From Coriobacteriales bacterium (lineage in GTDB: Bacteria > Actinomycetota > Coriobacteriia > Coriobacteriales > UBA8131), in the NCBI GenBank assembly GCA_031282405.1, contig JAITDU010000016.1, forward strand, positions 2,587 through 66,586: 64,000 nt of DNA, written 5' to 3'. The notes beneath the pieces are model-generated. The model made no database searches, was not told where the DNA came from, and saw only the letters and a program-made list of their open reading frames with translations. A program made the translations under genes and the position numbers. Below, piece by piece: positions 20,260-29,593 of the stretch. Every line of letters begins with the position of its first letter. Position 1 is the first letter of the stretch.

Positions 20260-21345
20260 ATGAATTGGCATGTGTTTTTCAATAGTCAACTTAAAAAGGT
20301 CAAGCCCTATGAGCCGGGGCTCAGAGAGGAACAGGTACGCGCAATCGCGCAGACAAATTCCATTCATAAGTTGTCGTCGAATGAGTCTCCCTTCCCGCCG
20401 TTTCCGCGTGCGATAGAAGCGATGACCGCGTGTCTTCCTTATTTGAACGAATACAGCGATGGTTCGGTCCATGAACTCAAACAAGCCTTGGCCGAAAAGC
20501 ACGGTGTCGAGCCGAGCCAGATTGTTGTGGGCAACGGCGTTAACGAGTTGCTGTGCCTGCTGGCGCAGTCCTGTCTGGATGAGACAAGCCATGTAGCCTA
20601 TTGCTGGCCGTCGTTTGTGGTCTACCGCATGAGTGCTCAGATTGCCGGCGCCACCTTTGACGAGGTTGATATTGATGCTGACGGTGCTTATGACCTGGAC
20701 GGCCTCCGGGCGGCCATACGCCCTCATACCAAACTTGTGTATCTTTGTTCGCCCAACAACCCTACGGGCGGTATTGTTAAACGCGAGCAGTTCGCGGCCT
20801 TCATCAAGGCGGTGCCCAGGCACGTCTGTGTGGTTGTGGATATGGCTTATGCGGAGTATGTAGAAAGCCCGGAGCATCTGGATCCGATGGCGTTTTTTGA
20901 CGGTAAAAGGCCCCTTGTGGTGTTCAGGAGCTTCTCCAAGATATACGGCCTGGCAGGAGTAAGATGTGGTTATGGCATAGCGCCAGTTCCTGTCGTTCAG
21001 GCCATCGACAAGGTGCGCGAGCCATTCAACGTCAACACGGTAGCTCAGGTCGGGGCTTTGGCCAGTCTGAGTGATGCGGGCGAATTGGAGCGCCGTCGTA
21101 CGGAAAATTCCCGGCAGCGGGCTCGACTCTACAAGATATTCCAGCGTCTGAACTTGCGCTATTATCAATCTGAGGCTAATTTTGTCTGGGTCTTTGTGCC
21201 CGACGCACAGCTCATTTTTGAAGAATTGCTCAAACGCGGTATCATCGTCCGCCCCTTTGCGGCGGCTGGTGGCCTGCGCGTAGGTGTAGGCACACCAGAG
21301 GCCACACTGGCCACTATCGAGGCTTTTGAGCATTTGTTTTGCTAA
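20260..21345 (+). CDS. hisC: Class II PLP aminotransferase, histidinol-phosphate/aromatic aminotransferase-like
   Basis: 361 aa. KLSSNESPFPP, NPNNPTG, SFSKIYGLAGVRCGY (PLP lysine) are typical of the HisC family. Adjacent to aroA, so the substrate is uncertain. Confidence 0.8.
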   Translation: MNWHVFFNSQLKKVKPYEPGLREEQVRAIAQTNSIHKLSSNESPFPPFPRAIEAMTACLPYLNEYSDGSVHELKQALAEKHGVEPSQIVVGNGVNELLCLLAQSCLDETSHVAYCWPSFVVYRMSAQIAGATFDEVDIDADGAYDLDGLRAAIRPHTKLVYLCSPNNPTGGIVKREQFAAFIKAVPRHVCVVVDMAYAEYVESPEHLDPMAFFDGKRPLVVFRSFSKIYGLAGVRCGYGIAPVPVVQAIDKVREPFNVNTVAQVGALASLSDAGELERRRTENSRQRARLYKIFQRLNLRYYQSEANFVWVFVPDAQLIFEELLKRGIIVRPFAAAGGLRVGVGTPEATLATIEAFEHLFC

Positions 21346-21467
21346 CGAAACCGCCGGCGGAACTCACAGGCTGAATCTGCTGAGCGAGTTTGCCGATGGA
21401 ACCCGTCGGCGGAACCCGTCGGCGCATCTGTACCGCTTGCGTCATATTTGAGGATTGAGGAGTCATC

Positions 21468-23123
21468 TTGTCTAGCTACACCGATATATACGCCACATCT
21501 CCTACATCCCCTGCACTGTTGAGTCGTATTCCCGCTTTGAGGGGTACGATAAAAGTGCCAGGGGACAAATCCACGAGCCATCGAGCCCTCATATTTGCTG
21601 CACTGGCCAAAGGAACTTCTGAGCTTAGGGGGCTTTGCGATTGTGCCGACATACATGCCACGATAGACGCGATCTGCAGGCTGGGGGCTATCGTTGATTT
21701 TGTTGCGGATGAAAACGGCCTGTCTGGTACGGTCATTGGCGCGATTCCGGCCCCCAGCAACGACCCTGACGAGGCCGACTTTGATGAACCATTAGCTGCC
21801 TGTGGCATTGACTCGCTGTTCGACCCACTGGAGCTCGACTGCGGCAATTCCGCGACCACGGCCCGACTCCTGATGGGCACACTGGCCGGCTACGCTATGG
21901 CCATCAAGCTCACCGGCGATGCTTCGCTGAGGCGTCGACCTTTTGGTTCGCTTATCAAGCCGCTCTTGAGCATGGGGGTGCGTATCAATCGGGGCGAGCT
22001 GGGCTGCAGGACCCCCTGTGGCATTGGCGCGGACACCCTTCCGCTGCTTATGAAAGGACGCTCGCCACTTAAAGCTATCAAATACCATTTACCGGCGGCC
22101 TCGGCACAGGTCAAAAGCGCTATTATATTAGCAGGATTGCGCGCTGAAGGGATAACGAGTGTGACCGAACCGGCACCCAGCCGCGACCACACCGAGCGGC
22201 TGCTCGGATTATTTGGCGTTGAGGTGAACACCTGTGGACAGACTGTCAGTGTGCACGGCGGACAGAGGCTCCATCCGGCCGACATCAAGGTATTTGGCGA
22301 CCCCTCGGCAGCGGCTGTATTTGCAGTCTGTGCTGCGCTTATCCCCGGCTCAGAGTTAGTGGTGCCAAATATCTATCTCAATCCCACACGCCTGGGCTTT
22401 GTGGCGGTTATGCGGCGAATGGGAGCCGATATTGAGGTCGTGGCATCAGATGCAGCTGCAGGCCAGGACTTTGCGCAAGGGACGGGCAGTCTTAAAGTAC
22501 GCTATGCGCCCGGGCTTACGGCTACGACGGTGGAGGCCGACGAACTACCGTCTTTGATTGACGAGGTGCCGATACTGGCGCTTTTGGCTACCCAGGCCAG
22601 TGGTACCACGGTTTTTAAGGGTGTAGGCGAGCTGCGTCACAAAGAGAGCAACCGTATTCAGGGTATTTGCGAGGGGCTTATGGCTCTGGGCGTTGAAGTG
22701 AGTGCCACTGGTGGCGTTGGTGAGGACTATGTGTTGTCGGTGTCTGGCATTGCGCGCGCGCGTTCATCTAATATTGCTATTAATTTAAGCAATTATGATG
22801 ATGAGCATTATGATGATGAAGACATTGCGCGCGCATCCGGTTTTGCGTCTGGGCAGACAGCGGACTCTGAGAAATGTGCGGCAGATAGACCGGTGAACGA
22901 GCAGGTATCTACCTCTGTTTCCGGGCAGAAAGCGGCCTGCGCTGTTGGCGCGAAGAACGCTTCTCTCATATTGAACAGTCACGGCGATCATCGTCTGGCG
23001 ATGGCCTGGTCGGTTGCCAAACGTGCCCTATTTCCCACGGTCGAAGTGCAGGGCCTGGAGAGTCTGGCCGTGTCATATCCCGACTTTCTCCACGATTTGG
23101 AAGCAGCAGGAGCGGTGCGATGA
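21468..23123 (+). CDS. aroA: 3-phosphoshikimate 1-carboxyvinyltransferase (EPSP synthase), 551 aa with insertions
   Basis: PGDKSTSHRALIFAAL, LDCGNSATTARLLMG, KESNRI, GDHRLAMAW. About 100 aa longer than typical because of insertions. TTG start after GAGGAG. Confidence 0.92.
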   Translation: MSSYTDIYATSPTSPALLSRIPALRGTIKVPGDKSTSHRALIFAALAKGTSELRGLCDCADIHATIDAICRLGAIVDFVADENGLSGTVIGAIPAPSNDPDEADFDEPLAACGIDSLFDPLELDCGNSATTARLLMGTLAGYAMAIKLTGDASLRRRPFGSLIKPLLSMGVRINRGELGCRTPCGIGADTLPLLMKGRSPLKAIKYHLPAASAQVKSAIILAGLRAEGITSVTEPAPSRDHTERLLGLFGVEVNTCGQTVSVHGGQRLHPADIKVFGDPSAAAVFAVCAALIPGSELVVPNIYLNPTRLGFVAVMRRMGADIEVVASDAAAGQDFAQGTGSLKVRYAPGLTATTVEADELPSLIDEVPILALLATQASGTTVFKGVGELRHKESNRIQGICEGLMALGVEVSATGGVGEDYVLSVSGIARARSSNIAINLSNYDDEHYDDEDIARASGFASGQTADSEKCAADRPVNEQVSTSVSGQKAACAVGAKNASLILNSHGDHRLAMAWSVAKRALFPTVEVQGLESLAVSYPDFLHDLEAAGAVR

Positions 23124-24040
23124 TTATTGCCCTAGACGGCCCGGCCGGCTCGGGCAAGTCGACAATTGCCAAACGCGTTGCTTCTCAACTGGGCTTTACT
23201 TATCTGGATACCGGCGCCATGTATCGGGCAGTCGCCTGGCTTGCTTTGCATCGGGGCATCAATCTGGATGACGGCACCGCCTTGGGTCGAATAGCCGCCG
23301 ACGAACCCATCGATTTTGACAATCCGTCCCAAGAGGCCCAAGACACCGAGTTGACCGGGGTATCCATAAGTGGACAGGATGTTACGACACAGATCCGTAC
23401 GCCTCAAGTCGACGCTGTCGTGTCTAAAGTCTCGGCCCATGCTGAAGTGCGACGGGCGCTTGTAGATGCCCAGCGTCGCATCGGTGCCGGACGCGATGTA
23501 GTCATGGAGGGGCGCGACATCGCCACGGTCGTGTTTCCGGCAGCGGAGGTCAAAATATTTCTTACCGCCTCGCCCGAGGTTCGTGCTGCCCGTCGCTTCG
23601 TCCAAAATGCAACCAAAGACGATGCCACGAATGCTCAGGGAAGCGGAGCCGCAGGCGATACTTCTCAGGGTAACTCCGAAAAGGCCAGCTTCATGCAGGG
23701 TAATTTCGGACAGGATAGCTTTGCCAAGGGGGACGACCAGACACGCCACCAGCAGATGTTAGAGCAGATTAATCGTCGCGATAAGCTGGATAGTGAGCGT
23801 GACCTTTCGCCCCTCAGGGCTGCGACCGACAGTGTGATCATCGATACCAGCGAAATGACAATCGAGCAGGTATGCCAAAAGATAGTCGCGCTTGTTTGCC
23901 GGTGGCAATGTGAACACCAGTGCGAAGGCGCTTCTCGCCCCATTTTGCCTGCGGTCAAGCAGCACGACGATGAAGGCGATAGCCACAAGGCGGGCATTTC
24001 TCTCCAAATGCCACCCTCGATCGAGGACGCGAGAAGGTAG
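23120..24040 (+). CDS. cmk: Cytidylate kinase with internal low-complexity insert and C-terminal extension
   Basis: MIIALDGPAGSGKSTIAKRVA...LDTGAMYRAVAW. 306 aa versus a typical length of about 220. Confidence 0.9.
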   Translation: MIIALDGPAGSGKSTIAKRVASQLGFTYLDTGAMYRAVAWLALHRGINLDDGTALGRIAADEPIDFDNPSQEAQDTELTGVSISGQDVTTQIRTPQVDAVVSKVSAHAEVRRALVDAQRRIGAGRDVVMEGRDIATVVFPAAEVKIFLTASPEVRAARRFVQNATKDDATNAQGSGAAGDTSQGNSEKASFMQGNFGQDSFAKGDDQTRHQQMLEQINRRDKLDSERDLSPLRAATDSVIIDTSEMTIEQVCQKIVALVCRWQCEHQCEGASRPILPAVKQHDDEGDSHKAGISLQMPPSIEDARR

Positions 24041-24044
24041 TCCT

Positions 24045-24905
24045 ATGAAGCCTCTGGACTATTTTTACGACCACCCGATTGCCGCTGGTAAAGGCACGCC
24101 GTATCGTTTTGATCGGTGTCTCGCCGGTGTGGCGCGGGTGATCCTCGGACTGCTGTTCAAGCCTGTGGTGCGTGGCGCCGACGAAGTGCGCAGTGTGCCC
24201 CGGGGCTTGATACTGGCGGGCAATCATCGCTCTTATCTTGATCCGCTGTTTGTAATGCAGGCCATGCGGCCCAGGCCATCGCGCTTCATCGGCAAAGAGG
24301 AGTTCTTCAGACTACCGGTTGTCCGACGATTGGCCAGTTGGGCAGGCACGTTTCCAGTCAAGCGCGGCAGCGCCGACATGCGAGTCATTAAGCGTTCGGT
24401 AGCCATGCTCAAACGGGGCGAATTGGTCGGTATCTTTCCTGAGGGAAGTCGCGGTCGTGATGGTTCACAACGTCAGATTCATGAAGGGCTGGCACTCATT
24501 GCCCATCTGAGCAAGGCCGACGTTGTGCCTTTCAGGCTCTGGAACACCGAGAAGATCAGCCCACCGGGCTCTCGCAGGTGGCATTTTCCTCGTGTTAAGC
24601 TGGCCTTTGGCCAGCCTATGAGTCTGAGTGATCCCAAATATGACGGGCTGAGCAAAACCGAGCGCTTTCAACAGTTCAGCCAAGATGTCATGAAAGCCGT
24701 ATATACCCTGCCCGAGCCGCAGTTGCCCCGCGCGGAGTTGCCTAACGCAGAGCTACCCGGAGCAGAGTTGCCCGAGGTGCCCGAGGTGCCCGAGGTGCCC
24801 GAGGTGTCCAAGTTTCCCGGCGTGGAGCCACCCGAAGTGTCTAGCGTGGAGTCACCCGAGTCGCAGCCATCAAGCCGCGTGGGCCCGAACGCAGATGACG
24901 AGTAG
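24045..24905 (+). CDS. plsC: 1-acyl-sn-glycerol-3-phosphate acyltransferase family protein with Pro/Glu-repeat tail
   Basis: NHRSYLDP (HX4D), FPEGSRG motifs. Start chosen at MKPLDYF (24045). The track start at 23892 overlaps cmk. Confidence 0.85.
   Translation: MKPLDYFYDHPIAAGKGTPYRFDRCLAGVARVILGLLFKPVVRGADEVRSVPRGLILAGNHRSYLDPLFVMQAMRPRPSRFIGKEEFFRLPVVRRLASWAGTFPVKRGSADMRVIKRSVAMLKRGELVGIFPEGSRGRDGSQRQIHEGLALIAHLSKADVVPFRLWNTEKISPPGSRRWHFPRVKLAFGQPMSLSDPKYDGLSKTERFQQFSQDVMKAVYTLPEPQLPRAELPNAELPGAELPEVPEVPEVPEVSKFPGVEPPEVSSVESPESQPSSRVGPNADDE
24732..24806 (+). repeat. In-frame tandem repeats in the plsC tail (15-bp x3, then cccgaggtg x4)
   Basis: Encodes AELPNAELPGAELPEVPEVPEVPEV. Nine-bp units run 24771-24806. 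Confidence 0.85.
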
Positions 24906-24985
24906 GCCGCTATGCTGATAAAGGTAACCGGGTGTGCTGGCTGCTCCCCCAGGCGGGGCGGTTCATCAATAGCCAGTAGGTTAAT

Positions 24986-25834
24986 ATGAAAGTATTGCTC
25001 TCGCGCTATGCCGGCGCCTGTTATGGCGTGGAACGGGCACTGGCTCTCGTCGATACGGCTGCCGCGGCCGCCCGTAACGCTGCGGACCGACCCGCTGTCT
25101 ATACGCTGGGGCCACTCATTCATAACCCTCTCGTAGTAGCCAAGCTTGAGCAGCGTCACATCCATGTTGTGGCCCATGTGGACGATGTTGGCGAGGGGGT
25201 TATTGTGATTCGCTCGCACGGTGTGGCACCGCAGGTCATAGAGGCCGCCCGCGCCAAAGGGCTTACGGTAGTCGATGCCACCTGCCCGTATGTCAAAAAG
25301 GCCCAAGAGGCTGCCAGCAGGCTTACCCGCCAAGGTCATACCGTAGTCATAGTAGGGGAGAAAGGCCACCCCGAAGTTGAGGCCATCAAAGCCTATGCCG
25401 GCCACAGTCCGATTGTTGCTCAGGATGTCGCCGATCTGCCTGTGGAGCTGCCGCAAGGAAGCATAGGTGTTGTGGTACAGACCACCCAATCTGCCCAGGC
25501 TCTGGATGCTATCGTTGGCGCGTTGAGGCGTCGTGGGGTTGAGCCGCTGGTCAAGAACACGATCTGTTTTGCCACACAGCAGCGTCAGCAGTCCGCTGCA
25601 TCCCTGGCTAAAGATGTCGATGCCATGATAGTGGTGGGCGGTCGCAACTCCGGCAACACCACCCGTTTGTACCAGATATGCAAGGCCGTCTGCCCCAACA
25701 CCCATCACATCGAACAGGCGAGCGAACTCGACAGCACCTGGTTTACCGATGTGGCTACCGTAGGCGTTACGGCCGGTGCCTCAACGCCGCAGGACCACCT
25801 GGCCGCGGTACTTGCCGCTCTTGAAGCCAACTGA
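24986..25834 (+). CDS. ispH: 4-hydroxy-3-methylbut-2-enyl diphosphate reductase
   Basis: 282 aa. AGACYGVERA, ATCPYVKK, HPEV, NTICFATQQRQ, GGRNSGNT are IspH/LytB hallmarks. Confidence 0.93.
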   Translation: MKVLLSRYAGACYGVERALALVDTAAAAARNAADRPAVYTLGPLIHNPLVVAKLEQRHIHVVAHVDDVGEGVIVIRSHGVAPQVIEAARAKGLTVVDATCPYVKKAQEAASRLTRQGHTVVIVGEKGHPEVEAIKAYAGHSPIVAQDVADLPVELPQGSIGVVVQTTQSAQALDAIVGALRRRGVEPLVKNTICFATQQRQQSAASLAKDVDAMIVVGGRNSGNTTRLYQICKAVCPNTHHIEQASELDSTWFTDVATVGVTAGASTPQDHLAAVLAALEAN

Positions 25835-25841
25835 GGAAGCT

Positions 25842-27356
25842 ATGGCCAGAATAGCGCGCGTTACGGAAGGTTCGGTGGCCGATAAGGCCGGGCTTTGCGC
25901 AGGCATGAACATCGTCGCCGTGGATGGGCAGCCCGTTGGCGACATCCTGGATTGGCTGTGGTTGTCTGCCGGTGATGACGTTGAGCTTTCTCTGACGGAC
26001 AGCCACTCCTGTCACCTTATGCGAAAGCCGGGGCAAGCCTGGGGGATAAGCCTGGACGGCCTGTTGTTTGATGGCATGCGCCGTTGTGTGAACGACTGTG
26101 TATTCTGTTTCGTGAAGATGCTGCCGTCAGGCATGCGACCAGCGCTGTATGCTTATGACGACGATTACCGACTCTCGTTTTTCGAGGGCAACTTCATTAC
26201 GCTCACAAATCTCAGCGACACCGATATCCAGCGGATTGTGCGCCTGAGACTCTCGCCGCTGAATGTCTCATTGCACGCGGTCTCGCCCGACTATCGTCAG
26301 TGGCTTATGGGCAAAAACCATGTGCGCGGTTTGGTGGCCCTGGAAGCCTTGTTGGATGGTGGCATCCAGGTGCAGGCCCAGATAGTGCTGATGCCCGATG
26401 CAGCAGCGCTGACACAACTGGCTCGGACTCTGGATTATATTGAACAACGCCCCGGCATCGTCGGCGTGGGCATCGTGCCCTTTGGTTACACACGTTTTTG
26501 CGCGTCATTGCCGCGACGTGGGCGCACGTCGAGCTGTGCTCTTGCCGCGCCAGACCCCGAGTCAGCCTGCTCACACACTGCGCCAGGCCCCGAGTCAGGC
26601 TGTTCTTCTGTCACATCCGGCATCGAGCTGGTGTTTCAAAGCGAGTATGCCCCATCAAAAACTGCGCCGCCGGCCTCACTGGCAGAACATGCTCGGCAGG
26701 TTATTGGACTCTTGCAGCCCTATCAGCAGCGTAGTCGAGTCAAAACAGGTAAGACCCGCTTTTATCTGGCCGATGAGTTCTATCTGCGTGCCTGGGGCGA
26801 GAAGGTTACCGAGCGGCTGCCTCGGGCAGAACACTACGATGACTATCCCCAGTACGAAAATGGTATCGGCATGCTGCGCAATTGGCTGGACGAGGCGGCG
26901 GCGTTACCGGTCCGCCATCGCCCTGCCCCTGCGATGCAGCGACACGAACCGAGCCGGGGGAGAAGCACTACAGTCGACTGTCTGGTCATTACGGGCGCAG
27001 CATTTGCTCCCACCCTCAAAAAATCGCTAAATAAAATAGCAAATTCATACCGACTGACCCCTTTCGTCCTGGCTGTGAAAAATAACTTCTTTGGTGGCGC
27101 GGTTGATGTGGCCGGGCTACTTACGGCTCACGATGTCATCGACCAGGTTGCTGCCTATCTCAAGGAGCGTCCCGGCTCTTCTCCCCCGCTTGTCTTGCCC
27201 CGCGTGATGTTCAATGATGAGGGGTTGACTCTGGACGATAAGACTGCCGCCGACATCGCCCAGGCCCTGGAGTGTCGGGTCGTCGTGGTAGACTGTAGTC
27301 CTGCGGCATTGGCCGACGCGTTAGAAACCCTGTCTGGGTTGGTTGCCGCCAGATAG
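25842..27356 (+). CDS. PDZ + radical-SAM-like (CxxxCxxC) + DUF512 family protein
   Basis: N-terminal PDZ-like segment (GSVADKAGLCAGMNIVAVDGQPV), CVNDCVFC cluster motif. Located upstream of der, which I recall as a common position for DUF512 proteins. Start at MARIARV (25842). Confidence 0.8.
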   Translation: MARIARVTEGSVADKAGLCAGMNIVAVDGQPVGDILDWLWLSAGDDVELSLTDSHSCHLMRKPGQAWGISLDGLLFDGMRRCVNDCVFCFVKMLPSGMRPALYAYDDDYRLSFFEGNFITLTNLSDTDIQRIVRLRLSPLNVSLHAVSPDYRQWLMGKNHVRGLVALEALLDGGIQVQAQIVLMPDAAALTQLARTLDYIEQRPGIVGVGIVPFGYTRFCASLPRRGRTSSCALAAPDPESACSHTAPGPESGCSSVTSGIELVFQSEYAPSKTAPPASLAEHARQVIGLLQPYQQRSRVKTGKTRFYLADEFYLRAWGEKVTERLPRAEHYDDYPQYENGIGMLRNWLDEAAALPVRHRPAPAMQRHEPSRGRSTTVDCLVITGAAFAPTLKKSLNKIANSYRLTPFVLAVKNNFFGGAVDVAGLLTAHDVIDQVAAYLKERPGSSPPLVLPRVMFNDEGLTLDDKTAADIAQALECRVVVVDCSPAALADALETLSGLVAAR

Positions 27357-27412
27357 ATGTCACGAACGCCCTAGGCACTATGAACACCCTGGGCACTATG
27401 AGAGAGGATACG

Positions 27413-28732
27413 ATGTCGGTACCGATAGTCGCTGTGGTTGGACGACCGAACGTAGGCAAGTCTACGTTCGTCAATCGTCTGAGTGGCTCGCGCGAGGCCA
27501 TTGTCCATGAACAGCGTGGGGTCACACGCGATCGTTCCTACCACAAGGCCGAGTGGAATGGCGTTGCCTTTACCCTGGTTGACACCGGTGGTATTGAGTT
27601 TGTAAGCGATGACGACTTTGGGGCTTCCATTCGCAGTCAGGCCATGTTAGCTGCCGAGGAGGCCGACGCTGTGGTGTTTTTGGTGGACGGGACGGTCACG
27701 TCCACGTCGGGTGACCTGGACATCGCCAAGTTGCTCAAACGCGGCGGGACTCCCGTGCTCTTGGTCGTAAACAAACTGGATAATCCGGCCAACGAGGACG
27801 CTGTCTGGGATTACTACTCGCTGGGGCTGGGCACGCCGTATCCCGTCTCGAGTCTGCACGGGCACGGCACCGGCGACGTGTTGGACGAGCTTGTTGCACT
27901 ACTGCCCGAGCCTGATGACGGAGAGGACAGCGATATCGAGGCCGTCAATGTGGCGATTATTGGCCGGCCGAATGTAGGAAAGTCAACGCTGGTCAACCGC
28001 TTGTCACAGACTGAGCGATGCATCGTCAGCGATGTGGCCGGCACCACCCGCGATGCCGTCGACACGTTGGTCATTCATGACGACAAGGCCTATCGACTTA
28101 TAGACACCGCTGGTATACGCCGCCGCTCGCAGATAAACGAAAGTGTGGAGTATTACGGGTTTTTGCGAGCACTCAGGGCAATTGAGCGGGCAGACGTGGC
28201 CCTGCTTTTGTTGGACGCTACGCTGGGGCTCACCGACCAGGACCAACGTGTGGCCGCTTTAGCTGCTGAACGTGGTTGCGCCCTTGTGATACTGCTGAAT
28301 AAATGGGACGCTCTTACGACCCTCGAAGAGCGCGAACAGCTCAGAGAGCATGTCGCTGATCGTCTGGTGTTCGTGGACTATGCGCCCAAAATCAGTATCT
28401 CGGCCCTGACAGGACGCAGTGTGCAGCGTATCTGGGGCACCATCGACACGGTCTTTGCGCATTACAGCGCGCATTACTCCACAAGTAAACTCAATACTCT
28501 GCTTACCGAGCTTCGTGATTTTGGTCACACAGTCTCCAAGGGCAAAGCGCAGCTGCGTATCAACTATGTAACCCAGACCGCCACCTGCCCTCCGCAGTTT
28601 ACGTTTTTTGCCAACCATCCTCAGCTGGTAGACGATAACTACCGCCGTTACCTGGAAAACCGGCTGCGCGAGGGCCTTGACCTTGCGGGTACTCCGCTAA
28701 GATTGCGTTTTAAGGCTAAGGATCCTCAGTAG
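27413..28732 (+). CDS. der: Ribosome-biogenesis GTPase Der (EngA), tandem G-domains + KH-like
   Basis: Two P-loops (GRPNVGKST twice), DTGG / DTAG, NKLD / NKWD. Start probably MSVPIVAVVG (27413). The ORF extends to 27380. Confidence 0.94.
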   Translation: MSVPIVAVVGRPNVGKSTFVNRLSGSREAIVHEQRGVTRDRSYHKAEWNGVAFTLVDTGGIEFVSDDDFGASIRSQAMLAAEEADAVVFLVDGTVTSTSGDLDIAKLLKRGGTPVLLVVNKLDNPANEDAVWDYYSLGLGTPYPVSSLHGHGTGDVLDELVALLPEPDDGEDSDIEAVNVAIIGRPNVGKSTLVNRLSQTERCIVSDVAGTTRDAVDTLVIHDDKAYRLIDTAGIRRRSQINESVEYYGFLRALRAIERADVALLLLDATLGLTDQDQRVAALAAERGCALVILLNKWDALTTLEEREQLREHVADRLVFVDYAPKISISALTGRSVQRIWGTIDTVFAHYSAHYSTSKLNTLLTELRDFGHTVSKGKAQLRINYVTQTATCPPQFTFFANHPQLVDDNYRRYLENRLREGLDLAGTPLRLRFKAKDPQ

Positions 28733-28912
28733 TATGCCTGGCAGTATGCTCGATAGTGTATTCGGCAGTATTTAAGGATCACACGCAGCCGAAAATCGTA
28801 CGGTTCACTCCGTGTCAGATGACTGCGCAGTACCCAACGATAGAAATAATAAGTAATATATTGACTAGTTAATATAAAAGCAAAGCAGGGGAGAAAGGCG
28901 GCTCAAAACCAG

Positions 28913-29593
28913 ATGATTCTTTACCTCGTGACGCTTGTCATCGCCCTGGCGATAGCCTATCTTTGTGGCTCCATTCCGGTGGCGCTGATTGTAGGGCGGG
29001 CGACTGCCGGCGTGGATATCCGACAGCACGGTTCGGGCAACACCGGCACCACAAATGCCCTGCGTACTCTGGGTTGGAAAGCCGGTCTTGTGGTGTTTGT
29101 GCTGGACGTGCTCAAAGGTGTCGCAGGTGGTTTAGTCATGATTGTGACTCTTGCGCTTATCGGCAACCAGGTGCCCGTAGAGGCGCAATCCGGTGTTGGT
29201 GTGGACCTGCCCCGAGCTCTGGCGTCGGTGGCCGCCATTCTCGGCCATATGTTTTCGCCGTTCATGGGGTTTAAGGGTGGCAAGGGTGTGGCTACGATGC
29301 TTGGCGCCCTACTGGTGTTGCTGCCTTTCAGTGCGCTGTGCGCTCTGGTGCTGTTTGGTCTGGTACTGCTTATCAGTCGTATTGTGTCAGTCGCTTCGAT
29401 AGTGGCTGTAATCTCGGTGCCCTTCTTTACCCTGCTCTTCTACGGCCATTCTCTTACGTATGTAATCTTTACGTTTGTCCTGGCCTTTGTGGTGGTCCTG
29501 GCGCACAAAAAAAATATTATCCGTCTCGCCCAGGGACAGGAGCCGCGTATCGCGTTGGGCAGAAAAGCAGACAAGAAAGGCAGCAACTCATGA
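28913..29593 (+). CDS. plsY: Glycerol-3-phosphate acyltransferase PlsY
   Basis: GSIPVALIVG...HGSGNTGTTNALR...GGKGVAT in a polytopic membrane protein. Confidence 0.93.
   Translation: MILYLVTLVIALAIAYLCGSIPVALIVGRATAGVDIRQHGSGNTGTTNALRTLGWKAGLVVFVLDVLKGVAGGLVMIVTLALIGNQVPVEAQSGVGVDLPRALASVAAILGHMFSPFMGFKGGKGVATMLGALLVLLPFSALCALVLFGLVLLISRIVSVASIVAVISVPFFTLLFYGHSLTYVIFTFVLAFVVVLAHKKNIIRLAQGQEPRIALGRKADKKGSNS

Noticed and set aside
21398-21428. Tandem ggaacccgtcggc x2 in the hisC-aroA spacer.
   Set aside because: This is a short 13-bp duplication with no further copies seen in the window and no associated structure, so it is probably a slippage duplication.
29338-29589. Upstream-extended start sites given by the ORF track for several genes: gpsA 29338, fhs 45543, rplN 9883, rplE 10598, rplR 12468, rpsZ 11121, plsC 23892, DUF512 25776, rpe 30809, bceB-like 39904.
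   Set aside because: The extensions overlap the preceding gene or add non-homologous residues. Internal starts with an SD, and with family-typical N-termini, were chosen instead.
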